The notes under the pieces are model-generated. The model saw only the letters and a list, made by a program, of their open reading frames with translations, was not told the origin of the DNA and did not search any database. Below, piece by piece: positions 49,664 to 60,288 of a stretch of 64,000 nt of DNA. The translations under genes and the position numbers were made by a program. This DNA is from Bacilli bacterium. GTDB taxonomy: Bacteria; Bacillota; Bacilli; Bacillales; Amphibacillaceae. Position 1 is the stretch's first letter. Each line of letters begins with the position of its first letter. The stretch lies in the NCBI GenBank assembly GCA_012838505.1, contig DUPD01000037.1, forward strand, positions 3,687-67,686, read 5' to 3'.

Positions 49664-50626
49664 TCAATCAAACAGTTTTTTTAATCTGCCGTAACCTTCT
49701 TCGTCTAGTTTAGCTAAAGGAACAAACCTTAGTGCTGCTGAATTAATACAGTAACGCATACCACCTTCTTCAATAGGTCCATCGTCAAAAATATGACCTA
49801 AATGACTATCGGCTGCTTTGCTTCTTACCTCAATTCGTCTCATGCCGTGTGAGGTGTCTAACAATTCATCGAGTTCATTTCGGTTAATTGGTTTTGTAAA
49901 GCTTGGCCAACCACAGCCCGCATCATATTTATCTAATGAAGAAAACAATGGTTCACCACTGATAATATCTACATAGATGCCCTCTTCTTCTAAATCATGA
50001 TATTCATTTTGGAATGGACGCTCCGTACCATTTTCCTGAGTAACATGGTATTGGATCGGTGTTAACTTTTCTTTCAATTCAGCTTGTGAAAACTTAGCTT
50101 TCCAATGTTGATTGATAAAATCCTCTCGACCAGATCCTTTTTTATAAAGTTGGTAGTGAAAGCGATTTTTTTTATAATAATCTTGATGACTTTCTTCTGC
50201 GGGGTAAAAGATTTTTGCAGGTAAAATTTTTGTGACAATCGGTTGATTAAATTTACCCGAATCTTCTAGCGTTTGTTTGGATTGTTCGGCGATTTGTTTT
50301 TGTGCTTCATCGTGGTAAAATATTGCCGTTTGATAGGATTGGCCACGATCATTAAATTGCCCTCCTGGATCAGTTGGGTCAATTTGTTGCCAAAAGAGTT
50401 CAACTAATTTTTGATATGGAAATAGCTCCGGATCATACGTAATCTGTACCGCTTCATAATGTCCAGTTGTATGAAGAGAGACTTCCTCATATGTCGGATT
50501 TACTTTATCTCCACCAGTGTAACCAGAAATGACTGAAATAATTCCTGGTTGTTGATCGAAAGGTTCAACCATGCACCAAAAACAACCGCCAGCAAATGTA
50601 GCTATTGCTTGATCATTGTTTGTCAT
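49664..50626 (-). CDS. msrAB: Fused peptide methionine sulfoxide reductase MsrA/MsrB
   Basis: [15 protein letters not shown] (MsrA); GTERPF, GCGWPSF, HLGHIF, RYCINS (MsrB). Confidence 0.96.
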   Translation of the reverse strand: MTNNDQAIATFAGGCFWCMVEPFDQQPGIISVISGYTGGDKVNPTYEEVSLHTTGHYEAVQITYDPELFPYQKLVELFWQQIDPTDPGGQFNDRGQSYQTAIFYHDEAQKQIAEQSKQTLEDSGKFNQPIVTKILPAKIFYPAEESHQDYYKKNRFHYQLYKKGSGREDFINQHWKAKFSQAELKEKLTPIQYHVTQENGTERPFQNEYHDLEEEGIYVDIISGEPLFSSLDKYDAGCGWPSFTKPINRNELDELLDTSHGMRRIEVRSKAADSHLGHIFDDGPIEEGGMRYCINSAALRFVPLAKLDEEGYGRLKKLFD

Positions 50627-50682
50627 GTCTTTTCCCTCATTTCCTCAAGTTTCTTTTATTGTATGTTGATTAGTCATGATTA

Positions 50683-51252
50683 TCAAATAAATAGCATGGG
50701 TTGGTCATACTTTGGCTTTACATAGGCTGAGACTGTTTCAATTTTAAATAGATTATTTCCTTGATCCTTGTCATGTTTGGTTTGAATCGGTTGCTTTTGT
50801 TCTTCTTTGGCACTTAATTGTTTATCCTCTACTACATCTAAACCTAAGATTCGATCAAGCTCATCTGTTGAATCGTCTTCTGTAGTTAATCGATTATCGT
50901 CAGTCTCTTCACTTTCCTCTTCATCACTAAATTCTTTCATAAGTGCCAGCATCGTAGGTAAGTTTTTGATTAACGGCCCGTATTCTTGGATTTTCGGAGC
51001 AATTGATTGTGACATTTTTAAGAAGCCTTGAATTTTATCAAGTGTTTCAAATAGACTACCACCAGAGGGGTTCAGCTTTTTCAACAGACCTAAAAGTCCA
51101 GAACTTGAACTTGAGTTTGTTGTTAGTCCTGGAGTGACTGTTTGCTGTATAGCTTGTTGAGCAATTGGTTGGTATCCGCCCCAGGGAGGCATCATTGCTC
51201 GAGTTTGTTGAATTGGAAATTGCGGATTAAAAAATGCAGGCATTTGTTTCAT
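50683..51252 (-). CDS. YqfQ/VrrA-like protein
   Basis: Gln/Pro/Ser-rich N-terminus, QEYGPLIKNLP motif, acidic tract, P-LFI C-terminus. Confidence 0.75.
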   Translation of the reverse strand: MKQMPAFFNPQFPIQQTRAMMPPWGGYQPIAQQAIQQTVTPGLTTNSSSSSGLLGLLKKLNPSGGSLFETLDKIQGFLKMSQSIAPKIQEYGPLIKNLPTMLALMKEFSDEEESEETDDNRLTTEDDSTDELDRILGLDVVEDKQLSAKEEQKQPIQTKHDKDQGNNLFKIETVSAYVKPKYDQPMLFI

Positions 51253-51422
51253 AAACTGTCCCTCTTTTCAGATTTTCCCGTACAATAGTCTACGTGAGAA
51301 TCATGAAAACGTGCTTCAATAAGTAGAGATTCGTTCTGTTAAAATGAGCAAATGCCTGCGAATATTTCCCCGGTAAGCGCAGAAATCACGCTTATCGGAC
51401 ATATAGCTTATTTTATTTGTTA

Positions 51423-51671
51423 CTAATTGACGCTTTGTAGTGAAGTGAGTCGATATAGACACGTTGTTTGCTGATTACGCCAAGTAAATTCAATAATTTC
51501 GCCAAATCCGATATGACCTTTATTATGATTGCGCTTAATTTCAATCACCTGATCAATCGGAAATAAATGATAACCATCAAGTGTTAATTTGAAGCAGTTT
51601 GGTTGATTTGGAACGCGTTCTTGTTTACCTTCTGTGACAAGTGTCCATTCGAACATAACCGGCATTGACAT
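51423..51671 (-). CDS. DUF2584-family protein
   Basis: MSMPV, GYHLFP, YRLTSLQSVN. Confidence 0.78.
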   Translation of the reverse strand: MSMPVMFEWTLVTEGKQERVPNQPNCFKLTLDGYHLFPIDQVIEIKRNHNKGHIGFGEIIEFTWRNQQTTCLYRLTSLQSVN

Positions 51672-51703
51672 CGGGTCAACCTCCTTTTATCTTATAAAAT
51701 CAG

Positions 51704-54700
51704 TTAAATGTTAAATCGTGCTGTTGAGCCTTGTGGTGTTGGATTGATTTCTAATTTAGCGTGAATTTCTTCTTTCAATTGATTCACATGTGAGATGATA
51801 CCGAGTACTCGATTTGATTGCTGTAAACCTTTCAGTGTATTGATTGCCTGCTCAAGTGAGACGTCGTCAAGTGTCCCGAACCCTTCATCGATAAAAAGTG
51901 TGTCGAGTTGGACACCACCTGCATAAGACTGAACGACATCTGCCATCCCTAATGCCAAACAGAGTGATGTTTGAAACCCTTCGCCACCAGATAACGTTTT
52001 CACTGAACGTTGTTTTCCAGTATGTTGATCAAAAACTTCTAAATCAAGTCCACTTTTTGCACCATGCTTGGCAAGTTGATCACTAATTTTTAGCTCGTAA
52101 CGATGATCGGTCAATGTATTGAGTCGTAAATTTGCTTGATACAAAATTTCTTCTAAAAAGGCAGACAAAACGTAACGTTCAAATGATAGTTTTAAATGAT
52201 TATCTCCATTTGCCATATCGGCTAATGCAGACAGATCACGATAATCTTGATCAAGCTCGACAAATAACGCTTTCAAGTTAGTGACTTTATCAAAAATAGT
52301 CACATGTTTTAAGTGTTTTTCTTTCAATTGTTCTAACTGACGGATTTGATTTTCATAGTCGGCTTGAGTTTGATCTAATTCAGCTTGTAATTTGTTCAAA
52401 TCCGGCTTGATTTTCCCAGCAAGCTTTTCGGTTAATTTGCTGATTTGTGTTGTTACTTGAGTCTGTTTCTCTTCATACTGCTTGATCTGTTCTTGCAACT
52501 GTTCACGTTCTGTTGCGGTTCTTTTTGCGATCATGTACGCATTCTGATCTTGAAAGCCAACGTTAGACAATTGTTGCTCAAATGCATCTTGTGCTAATGC
52601 TAATTTTTCTTTTAGCTGGATCGTAAATTGTTGTTGAGATTCATATCGTGTCACTAATTGATTAACACTTTCTTTTAATCGATTATATTCAGCCTCATGA
52701 TCTGTAAATACTTTGAACCAATGATCTAACTTCTCCTGTTTGTCAATTAGATGCATTTGCCATTCGTTAAAGGTCAACGTTGTCTTAGGGCAGTTTTGTT
52801 GATAGCTAGTCATTTCTCCCATTCGACGAGAAAGTTGTTGTTCTACTTTATTTAATTCAGTTGTTTGGTGCTCAATTGCTTGCTCAAGCTTCTCTAATTT
52901 TTTAGCCAATACTTGTTTCTCTGTCTCGAGCTGTTTTGATTGAGCCATTTCTTGATCGACTTTATCAATCAGTCGTTTTTGTGTTGTCACTTGTTCTTGC
53001 CAGTTTAGTAACAGCTTTTCAATCGCTTCTTTCGATAATTGTTCAATTGAGTAATTAAACACTGCAGCTTGTTCGGCTAAAGATTGTTGTTTTGTTCGAT
53101 AATTAGCTTTATGTTCAAGCCATTCTTCTTGAACCGTTAGCACTTGCTTTTCAATTTGCTCGATTTCGATTTGATAGCTTTCTTTTTGCTGATCTGACTG
53201 ATTAAACGCTACTCTTTGCACCGGATTTGGGTGTTCAATTGAACCACAAACCGGACAAGCCTCTCCAGCTTTTAATTCTGCGGCTAGGTGGCTAGCTAAA
53301 TGATGTTGCTGCTCTTGTACAAAAACTTTTAATTTATTTTTCTGCTCAACTAATTGCTGTTGAAGCTCTTGATAAGTTTGGTCGATTTCCTTTGTTTGTT
53401 GCTCGAATTGAATCGATTCAAAATAAGTTTTTTCAAGTTGCTTAACTTTGGTTAATTGCTCCTTTATTAAAGTATATTCATGATTTAACTTTAGTGATTG
53501 TTCTGTTCGCTCAATTCGTTGCTCCAGCTTCTGATTAATTTGCTTTATTTTTTCTTTGATCTGCTGGATGGTTGCTTTATTTGTCTGGACTTGATTGGCG
53601 ATGCTCTGTTGTACTTCTTGATCCTGTTTAATCATCGACTCAATTTCAATCAGCTTTGCCCACGATTGTGTCTGATTGTTTTCTTCCTTCAATTGCTCTT
53701 TTTCGTTAACCTTTTCAGTATGCTGATCTTGAAAACGTCTAAAAATTTGCTCATTTAAGTCCAGTTTTTCTTGATCAACCGCTAAAGCTTGCCCCAGTTG
53801 GTTTTGCTTCAATTCTTCCGCTTTAGCTTCACTCATCCTTGCCATCAATTGATCTTCATATAATTCAATTTTAGCAGCTTTTTCTGCTTCATTAAATGTT
53901 TGTTTAATTTGGTTGATATCATCTTCTTGTTGAGCTAATTGTAATTTCAGCTCTTGTTGTTCGGCAAGCTGGTTAAAGTCATCAGCCAATTGTGTTTGTT
54001 CACGAAAATTCTTTTGTGCTTTTGAATAAATTTGCCTCTGTTTTTGATAATCTTTATCTGCTTCTAGACAAGTTAACTCTAGCTGTTTGATCAGAGATTT
54101 TAATTGGTTAATCGATTCTTCAGTTGTCCAATTTTCTCGACTCTCTGCTCCTTGCTCCCATTCAACATTGTCAAGCTGATCGGTGATTTGACTTTGAGTT
54201 TGCATTAATTGATGCTTCATTTCATTTGACTGGATTTGCAGTTGTTTTGTTATCGCCTGATAAATATGGGTGTGAAATATTTTTTGTAAAATCTTCTCTC
54301 GATCATGGCTATTTTCGCTGATTAACTTTCTAAACTCACCTTGTGGAATCATAATCATTTTTAAGAATTGATCGTAGTCAAGCCCGATTAACTGTTCAAT
54401 TGTTTCGTTAACATCCTTGATCCGACTGGATATTAAAACTTCTTGCCCATCAGTTTCTTGATAAAGGGTTGCTGTTTGAGGTTCTTCAACAAGGCCTTCT
54501 CCTCGTGCTTTCGGACGCAGTTGTTTTGGCTTGCGCTTAATCAAATAAGTTGTTTGCTTTAATTCAAAGCGTAAACTGACTTCTGTTTGTTGATCCACAG
54601 AAGCAAAATCACTTCTTAAACTATCATGATCGCGATCACTGCCACTCGCTTTTCCATATAAAGCATAGCAAATCGCATCGAATATCGTTGTTTTACCAGC

Positions 54701-54814
54701 ACCAGTCGGTCCAGTAATTAAGAATATTGTCTCATTTCCAAGTCGGGTAAAGTCAATCCGTTCTGTTTCTTTAAAGGGACCAAAGGCCGTCAAAGTTAAT
54801 TGGAGTACTTTCAT
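51704..54814 (-). CDS. sbcC: Exonuclease SbcC (SMC-like ATPase)
   Basis: GPTGAGKTT, IPQGEF, Zn-hook CPVC, LSGGE, LFIDEGFG, ISH; ATG after GAGGGG. Confidence 0.95.
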   Translation of the reverse strand: MKVLQLTLTAFGPFKETERIDFTRLGNETIFLITGPTGAGKTTIFDAICYALYGKASGSDRDHDSLRSDFASVDQQTEVSLRFELKQTTYLIKRKPKQLRPKARGEGLVEEPQTATLYQETDGQEVLISSRIKDVNETIEQLIGLDYDQFLKMIMIPQGEFRKLISENSHDREKILQKIFHTHIYQAITKQLQIQSNEMKHQLMQTQSQITDQLDNVEWEQGAESRENWTTEESINQLKSLIKQLELTCLEADKDYQKQRQIYSKAQKNFREQTQLADDFNQLAEQQELKLQLAQQEDDINQIKQTFNEAEKAAKIELYEDQLMARMSEAKAEELKQNQLGQALAVDQEKLDLNEQIFRRFQDQHTEKVNEKEQLKEENNQTQSWAKLIEIESMIKQDQEVQQSIANQVQTNKATIQQIKEKIKQINQKLEQRIERTEQSLKLNHEYTLIKEQLTKVKQLEKTYFESIQFEQQTKEIDQTYQELQQQLVEQKNKLKVFVQEQQHHLASHLAAELKAGEACPVCGSIEHPNPVQRVAFNQSDQQKESYQIEIEQIEKQVLTVQEEWLEHKANYRTKQQSLAEQAAVFNYSIEQLSKEAIEKLLLNWQEQVTTQKRLIDKVDQEMAQSKQLETEKQVLAKKLEKLEQAIEHQTTELNKVEQQLSRRMGEMTSYQQNCPKTTLTFNEWQMHLIDKQEKLDHWFKVFTDHEAEYNRLKESVNQLVTRYESQQQFTIQLKEKLALAQDAFEQQLSNVGFQDQNAYMIAKRTATEREQLQEQIKQYEEKQTQVTTQISKLTEKLAGKIKPDLNKLQAELDQTQADYENQIRQLEQLKEKHLKHVTIFDKVTNLKALFVELDQDYRDLSALADMANGDNHLKLSFERYVLSAFLEEILYQANLRLNTLTDHRYELKISDQLAKHGAKSGLDLEVFDQHTGKQRSVKTLSGGEGFQTSLCLALGMADVVQSYAGGVQLDTLFIDEGFGTLDDVSLEQAINTLKGLQQSNRVLGIISHVNQLKEEIHAKLEINPTPQGSTARFNI

Positions 54815-54815
54815 A

Positions 54816-55970
54816 TTATTGTCCCCTCTCTTGTTGTTTAATGTGATCAATGACCGTTCTTAGCATCTGTTTTCGCTTTTCAGATAACGGCTCATCTGTC
54901 ATCTCAAGATAAAAATCTTCAAATAACTCAAGTTCAGTTCGCTGCTGATTTTTCTTAACACGAGCTAATTCATTCAAACCACGATCTGATTTTTTAATCA
55001 CCTTTTCTAGTCTTAAAATGTTTGGGAATTTTTTACGTAACTGTGTAATCGGATCGAGAATTTGTCCGTCATCTAATAATTGAATATGTAAGTAATCTTC
55101 TGATGCCTGATAATGATCTGCTGATAACAAGTGATCAAAATAATCAGTCATTACCCGTAGATCATGTTTTGGTTGCAACGGAATTCGCTCAAAAAAAACT
55201 TGTCCTTGCTGATCAAGATCAATCAACGTCATCGACTTCTTTTGACTAGCTTCAGAAAACGAATACTTTAATAATGAACCACTATATTGAACGCGATCGC
55301 TACTAATCTTTTGCGGTTGATGCAGGTGTCCAAGTGCGACATAATTAAATGCTTCAAATAGATTCACATCAACATATGGACTGCCACCAATCATCGATAA
55401 GCGATCCTCAGAATCAGACTCCATCCCTCCTGCTAAAAAAGCATGCGCAATACAAACGTGACGTTCATTCGGATTGATATTTTCTTTAATTGATTCAATC
55501 ACTGCTGACATCGCAGCTTGATGGGTCGTAATTTTCTGGTCTAGATAATAGCTTTGAACATCTGCTGGTTCAAAATATGGAATCAAGTAAAAATGAACAG
55601 GACCAGTTTCATCTGTAAATGTGACCGGTTCGATTGGTAAATGAAATTTCGACTGAATATATAATTGATGATTACGAAAAAGTTGACTACCAAAATGAAG
55701 ACGGTCAGGACTATCGTGGTTACCAGAAATCATTAGCATTGGAATCTGATAATCTGTCATTAAGCGTGTCAATGTTTGATCTAATAGGTCTACCGCTTCT
55801 TTTGGTGGGATAGCGCGGTCATAAATGTCGCCTGCATTAATAATAAGATCTGGTGAATAACGCTCGATTATTTCAAAAAACTGTTCTAACACGTATGCTT
55901 GGTCATCCGTCATATGAATCCCATTGACAATTTTACCTAAATGCCAATCGGCAGTATGTAAGATCCGCAT
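54816..55970 (-). CDS. sbcD: Exonuclease SbcD
   Basis: HTADWHLG, AGDIYD, GNHDS, ALGHLH. Confidence 0.95.
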   Translation of the reverse strand: MRILHTADWHLGKIVNGIHMTDDQAYVLEQFFEIIERYSPDLIINAGDIYDRAIPPKEAVDLLDQTLTRLMTDYQIPMLMISGNHDSPDRLHFGSQLFRNHQLYIQSKFHLPIEPVTFTDETGPVHFYLIPYFEPADVQSYYLDQKITTHQAAMSAVIESIKENINPNERHVCIAHAFLAGGMESDSEDRLSMIGGSPYVDVNLFEAFNYVALGHLHQPQKISSDRVQYSGSLLKYSFSEASQKKSMTLIDLDQQGQVFFERIPLQPKHDLRVMTDYFDHLLSADHYQASEDYLHIQLLDDGQILDPITQLRKKFPNILRLEKVIKKSDRGLNELARVKKNQQRTELELFEDFYLEMTDEPLSEKRKQMLRTVIDHIKQQERGQ

Positions 55971-56054
55971 TAACAATCACTCCTCATCTAAATAAAGACT
56001 TCAGCACTTGTTTGATCATCATCTGCTGAAGCCTTGGTTGCTTTACTTATCCGT

Positions 56055-56273
56055 CTAATGTTTTGTTTCTAAATAGTCATCCCAGAGCCGGTCAAATAAC
56101 GTGATTGCTTCGTTAAAAGGACTCGTCCACTCTAAATATTGACTAATTTCATCATAAGATTCGCTCTGCTTGGGAAAATCGTGATCATGATACATCCAGT
56201 CGGCAAGTTTACGTTCAGCTAGATTTTTGTTTGCTCCACGGTATTGCATCATATATTTATAAAAGGATGGCAT
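56055..56273 (-). CDS. yozE: YozE family protein
   Basis: SFYKYMM, DHDFPK, EISQYLE, FDRLW. Confidence 0.88.
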   Translation of the reverse strand: MPSFYKYMMQYRGANKNLAERKLADWMYHDHDFPKQSESYDEISQYLEWTSPFNEAITLFDRLWDDYLETKH

Positions 56274-56288
56274 ACTTAACCTCCGACT

Positions 56289-56777
56289 CTAGTTGCGATC
56301 ATATTGAAGAAAATAATAATCATATGGATTTTCTTCATTTTTGATCCCTTTTTCTTTTGATGTCAGTTGCCAATTCGATAAATCAAATTCAGGTAAATAC
56401 GTATCGCCTTCAAACTCTGCATCGATATATGTGATGTAAAGTCTGTCAGCATATTTCAGAAACTGTTGGTAAATTTCAGATCCACCAATCACAATCACTT
56501 CTTGATCAGAAAATGGCTTAATATAGTCAAGCACATCCTCAATTTGATGAAAAACGACACATCCATCAGCTTGAAAATCTTTATTTCGTGTTAAAACAAC
56601 ATGGTGACGATTCGGTAAAGGTTTACCAAAAGATTCAAATGTTTTGCGTCCCATTATAATCGTCTTTCCTGTTGTTATCGCTTTAAAATAACCTAAGTCA
56701 TTTGGAATATCCCAAGGAATCCAGTTATCTTTTCCAATTAAATAATTGCGATCATTGGCAAAAATCATTGATAGCAT
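56289..56777 (-). CDS. folA: Dihydrofolate reductase
   Basis: IGKDN-IPW, IMGRKTFES, PLPNR, IGGSEIY, GDTY. Confidence 0.96.
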   Translation of the reverse strand: MLSMIFANDRNYLIGKDNWIPWDIPNDLGYFKAITTGKTIIMGRKTFESFGKPLPNRHHVVLTRNKDFQADGCVVFHQIEDVLDYIKPFSDQEVIVIGGSEIYQQFLKYADRLYITYIDAEFEGDTYLPEFDLSNWQLTSKEKGIKNEENPYDYYFLQYDRN

Positions 56778-56788
56778 CTGTTCGCCTC

Positions 56789-57748
56789 CTAAACAGCAAT
56801 CGGTGCTTTAATCGCTGGATGTGATTGATAATTTTTCAACGTGATATCACTTAGCTCAACATCAAATACGGATGTTAACTCAGGATTTAACTCGATTCTA
56901 GCTAATGGTAAACTTTTCCTTGAGAGCTGTTCCTTTATTTGGTCAACGTGGTTAGAATAAATGTGCGCATCGCCTAACGTATGAACAAACTCACCTACCT
57001 CTAACCCACACTCATGGGCAATTAGATGTGTCAACAATGCATAACTTGCAATGTTGAATGGTACACCCAAGAAAATATCTGCACTTCTTTGATAAAGCTG
57101 GCAAGATAATTTTCCATCAGCAACATAAAATTGAAACAGTGCATGACAAGGTGGTAAGGCCATATTTTTCGGAACATCTTCAGGATTCCAAGCACTAACG
57201 ATATGACGGCGTGAATCAGGATTTGTTTTAATTTGGTCAATGACATCTTTTAGTTGGTCGATTGTTTCGTTTGTTGATGTTTTCCATTCACGCCATTGTT
57301 TCCCGTAAACAGGGCCTAGCTCACCATATTTTTTAGCAAACGCATCGTCTGAAACGATCCGTTCTTTAAAGCTCTGCATTTCGGCTTGATATTGTTCATT
57401 GAATGCTTGATCAGTTAAACTTCGATTACCGAAATCCGTCATATCTGGTCCCTGATATGCATCACTCTCAACCCATCTTTTAAATGCCCACTCATTCCAA
57501 ATGTTGTTGTTATTTTTTAATAAATATTGAATATTTGTATCGCCTCTAATAAACCAAATTAATTCTGTCGCGATTAAATTAAAGTTGACTTTCTTTGTCG
57601 TAAGTAACGGAAAGCCTTCTTGTAAATCAAAGCGCATTTGTGCGCCGAATATTGAACGTGTTCCAGTACCTGTTCGATCTTCTTTCGTTGTTCCTTGATC
57701 GAGGACTTTTTCACATAAATCTAAATATGCTTGTTCATTTTTTGACAT
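56789..57748 (-). CDS. thyA: Thymidylate synthase (long form)
   Basis: [40 protein letters not shown]. Confidence 0.98.
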   Translation of the reverse strand: MSKNEQAYLDLCEKVLDQGTTKEDRTGTGTRSIFGAQMRFDLQEGFPLLTTKKVNFNLIATELIWFIRGDTNIQYLLKNNNNIWNEWAFKRWVESDAYQGPDMTDFGNRSLTDQAFNEQYQAEMQSFKERIVSDDAFAKKYGELGPVYGKQWREWKTSTNETIDQLKDVIDQIKTNPDSRRHIVSAWNPEDVPKNMALPPCHALFQFYVADGKLSCQLYQRSADIFLGVPFNIASYALLTHLIAHECGLEVGEFVHTLGDAHIYSNHVDQIKEQLSRKSLPLARIELNPELTSVFDVELSDITLKNYQSHPAIKAPIAV

Positions 57749-57898
57749 TTGTATTCCTCCCAAAAATCATATCGCTTAGTTTCATATTACAGAAGTTTAA
57801 CATTTCATTCAAGAATCATTTCTTATTGAACACGTGAATACAATTAAATGAATACCCCTATTTAATCAGGTCAATATACAAAGGAGGCATTTTGTTTA

Positions 57899-58912
57899 AT
57901 GGCTAAAAATATTGTCAAGCAATCTGTTGCTTACAGCTACATTCTCAGTCAACCTTTTGCCACATACATCGATGCCTATCCGATGCTACAAAGTCAATGG
58001 TTAGCAGAGCAAGATATTCAACACATCGCGTATGGTGATCACAGTCAAGTTGTGCGTGTCATTCAGCATAAACTCAATAACTTAAAGTATTACGATGAAG
58101 CAATTGATGGTGAATATGGATTGTTTACTGAGTATGCATTGAAAAAATTCCAAGCTGATCACAAAATTATTCCTGATGGATCAATTAATCGGAAAACAAT
58201 TGACGCAATTATTGATGTCGAGCAAAGCTATTATTTAGCTAAATTGACATCGATTGATGAGCCAATTTATTATGGTATGACAAATACTGATATCGAAGCA
58301 CTTCAGCGTGCACTCTACTACTTAGGTTTTTATGACGATAAATTGGATGGCATTTTTGGATCGATTACAGAGACAGCATTGTTAACTGCACAACGAGCTT
58401 ATAATCTAGAAGAGACTCCAGCAGTTTCGTTTGAACTTGTGGAAACAATTCACCAGGAAGTAGAAACTAAATCAAAAGAAGCACCACTAATCGACCAACA
58501 AACTTCTTCTAACCAAAAAGAAACTATCCAAATTAATACTGACAACTCACAAATTGAGCTTGTGATTCAAGCTGCCAAGCAACAAACAGGTGTACGTTAT
58601 CAATGGGGGGGCACGACACCTGATGGATTTGATTGTAGTGGTTTCATCCAATATGTTTTTCAACAACATGGGATATCGATTCCACGTACTGTATCAGAAA
58701 TATGGAACCAAACGGCAAATATCGATCAACCTTCTATTGGTGATTTAGTTTTCTTTGAAACGTATAAAAAAGGTCCTTCACATATCGGCATTTATCTTGG
58801 TAATGATCAGTTTATTCACGCTGGCGAGTCAAGTGGTGTCACAACATCGACTCTAAGTCAGGACTATTGGCAATCCCGATACCTAGGTAGTCGTCGGGTT
58901 TATCTTGACTAA
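57899..58912 (+). CDS. NlpC/P60 (C40) peptidase with two peptidoglycan-binding domains
   Basis: IDGEYG..TE and LDGIFG..TE PG-binding repeats; YQWGG, FDCSG, GDLVFF, HIGIY, FIHA. Confidence 0.92.
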   Translation: MAKNIVKQSVAYSYILSQPFATYIDAYPMLQSQWLAEQDIQHIAYGDHSQVVRVIQHKLNNLKYYDEAIDGEYGLFTEYALKKFQADHKIIPDGSINRKTIDAIIDVEQSYYLAKLTSIDEPIYYGMTNTDIEALQRALYYLGFYDDKLDGIFGSITETALLTAQRAYNLEETPAVSFELVETIHQEVETKSKEAPLIDQQTSSNQKETIQINTDNSQIELVIQAAKQQTGVRYQWGGTTPDGFDCSGFIQYVFQQHGISIPRTVSEIWNQTANIDQPSIGDLVFFETYKKGPSHIGIYLGNDQFIHAGESSGVTTSTLSQDYWQSRYLGSRRVYLD

Positions 58913-58977
58913 ATTGGTTTTATAAATATCTCTAATACCTAATTAAACCTAGTTATTGAAAAAAAGGTTAAATTCAC

Positions 58978-59006
58978 TTGACGGAATTTACTGAATAAGC
59001 TACCAT
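58978..59006 (+). promoter_or_regulatory. sigmaA-like promoter of the cold-shock gene
   Basis: TTGACG-N17-TACCAT, giving a 5' UTR of about 150 nt. Confidence 0.6.
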
Positions 59007-59160
59007 TATAACTAGCAAAGAAGATGTCTGGGATCTATTTTCACCTTATTTGAAGCAGTATAGGAATCGATCCTATCCTTCAGTAAGGTTTTTTTAGCTC
59101 ATCTTGTTTGTAGTACAGATCTCAAGTTAAGCTTTGAGAAAACTTAGGAGGATTATTTAC

Positions 59161-59361
59161 ATGCAAAACGGAATTGTAAAATGGTTTAACGCAGAAAAAG
59201 GGTATGGCTTTATTCAACAAGAAGAAGGCGACGATGTATTCGTACATTACTCTGCAATTCAAGATGAAGGCTTTAAGACTCTTGAAGAAGGCCAGGAAGT
59301 ATCCTTTGAAATTGTCGAAGGAGATCGTGGACCACAAGCAGCAAATGTTGAAAAAAGATAA
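59161..59361 (+). CDS. Cold-shock protein (CspD-like)
   Basis: [32 protein letters not shown]; ATG after AGGAGG. Confidence 0.97.
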   Translation: MQNGIVKWFNAEKGYGFIQQEEGDDVFVHYSAIQDEGFKTLEEGQEVSFEIVEGDRGPQAANVEKR

Positions 59362-59369
59362 TATTCTGT

Positions 59370-59400
59370 AACGGTGGCTATTAAGTCACCGTTTTATTTT
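59370..59400 (+). terminator. Terminator after csp
   Basis: AACGGTGGC / GTCACCGTT-TTATTTT. Confidence 0.85.
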
Positions 59401-59430
59401 GTTATCCAATCATTTAAAGGGTGTGTGATT

Positions 59431-59850
59431 ATGCTAGAAATCTATATTGACGGTGCTACAAAAGGTTATCCAGGTCCAAGTGGGATTAGCTTCATTATTA
59501 AGCAAGGAAAGTCACGGGTCGAGGCTTACAAATATATTGGTCAAAGTACAAATCATGAAGCGGAATTTCAAGCATTACTCTATCTGCTTGATTATTGTGC
59601 CAAGCATTATCCCGACCAAATCTTATCGATTCGATCAGATTCAAAGCTAGTTGTCGATCTTATTGATCGTGGCTCATATAAGAAAGAACCATTTTCAAGT
59701 CTTGTCAACAAAGCGATGGACAAAATGAATACGTTTACCCATTGTTTTATAAAATGGGTGCCTGAGAGTCACAATAAGCAAGCAGACAAGTTAGCGAAAC
59801 TAGCGATTCAAACTAAAAATGAATTGATCAAAAAATACCCTTCTGTTTAA
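59431..59850 (+). CDS. RNase HI-family protein (YpdQ-like)
   Basis: IYIDGA, TNHEAEF, SDS, NKQADKLA; acidic catalytic residues present. Confidence 0.88.
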   Translation: MLEIYIDGATKGYPGPSGISFIIKQGKSRVEAYKYIGQSTNHEAEFQALLYLLDYCAKHYPDQILSIRSDSKLVVDLIDRGSYKKEPFSSLVNKAMDKMNTFTHCFIKWVPESHNKQADKLAKLAIQTKNELIKKYPSV

Positions 59851-60100
59851 GCAGATGAACAATTTCTTTTCTTGTCCCTACTTGATATTCATTGAGTAAT
59901 TCTAACAAGCTGATATAAAAAGACCCATTGAAATGATATTTTAATTTCAATGTATTTTCAAGTGCCACACAAGCATGCCATTCACTTGAATTTGTAAACT
60001 TTTTTGCAAAATAAATAAACCGAACTTGTTCATCTGTCAGTTTGAAGCCTTTATCCCATAACTTTTCTAAATAATCTGCTAGAGATTGATAGTATTTCAC
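59828..60100 (-). CDS. Conserved small protein (DUF6123-like)
   Basis: KGFKL, FIYF, ALENTLK, FNGSFYISLLE; GTG after AGGGG. Confidence 0.75.
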   Translation of the reverse strand: MKYYQSLADYLEKLWDKGFKLTDEQVRFIYFAKKFTNSSEWHACVALENTLKLKYHFNGSFYISLLELLNEYQVGTRKEIVHLLKQKGIF

Positions 60101-60288
60101 AATCGATCCCCTACTCTCACGCTCAAATAATCAATTAATCCAACCTCATTATAATACAATTCATTAAAAAAGCAAAGCAAATACAAACGAATGTTCTGTT
60201 TCTGTTTAAAAAATTTGCTTTATCACAAGTTGAGATAAAGCAAATTTTCATTTAATCATTTTATCTACTTACATCAGAAACACTATCT

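Noticed and set aside
49664-50626. MsrA-MsrB fusion as a novelty
   Set aside because: Such fusions are common in bacteria.
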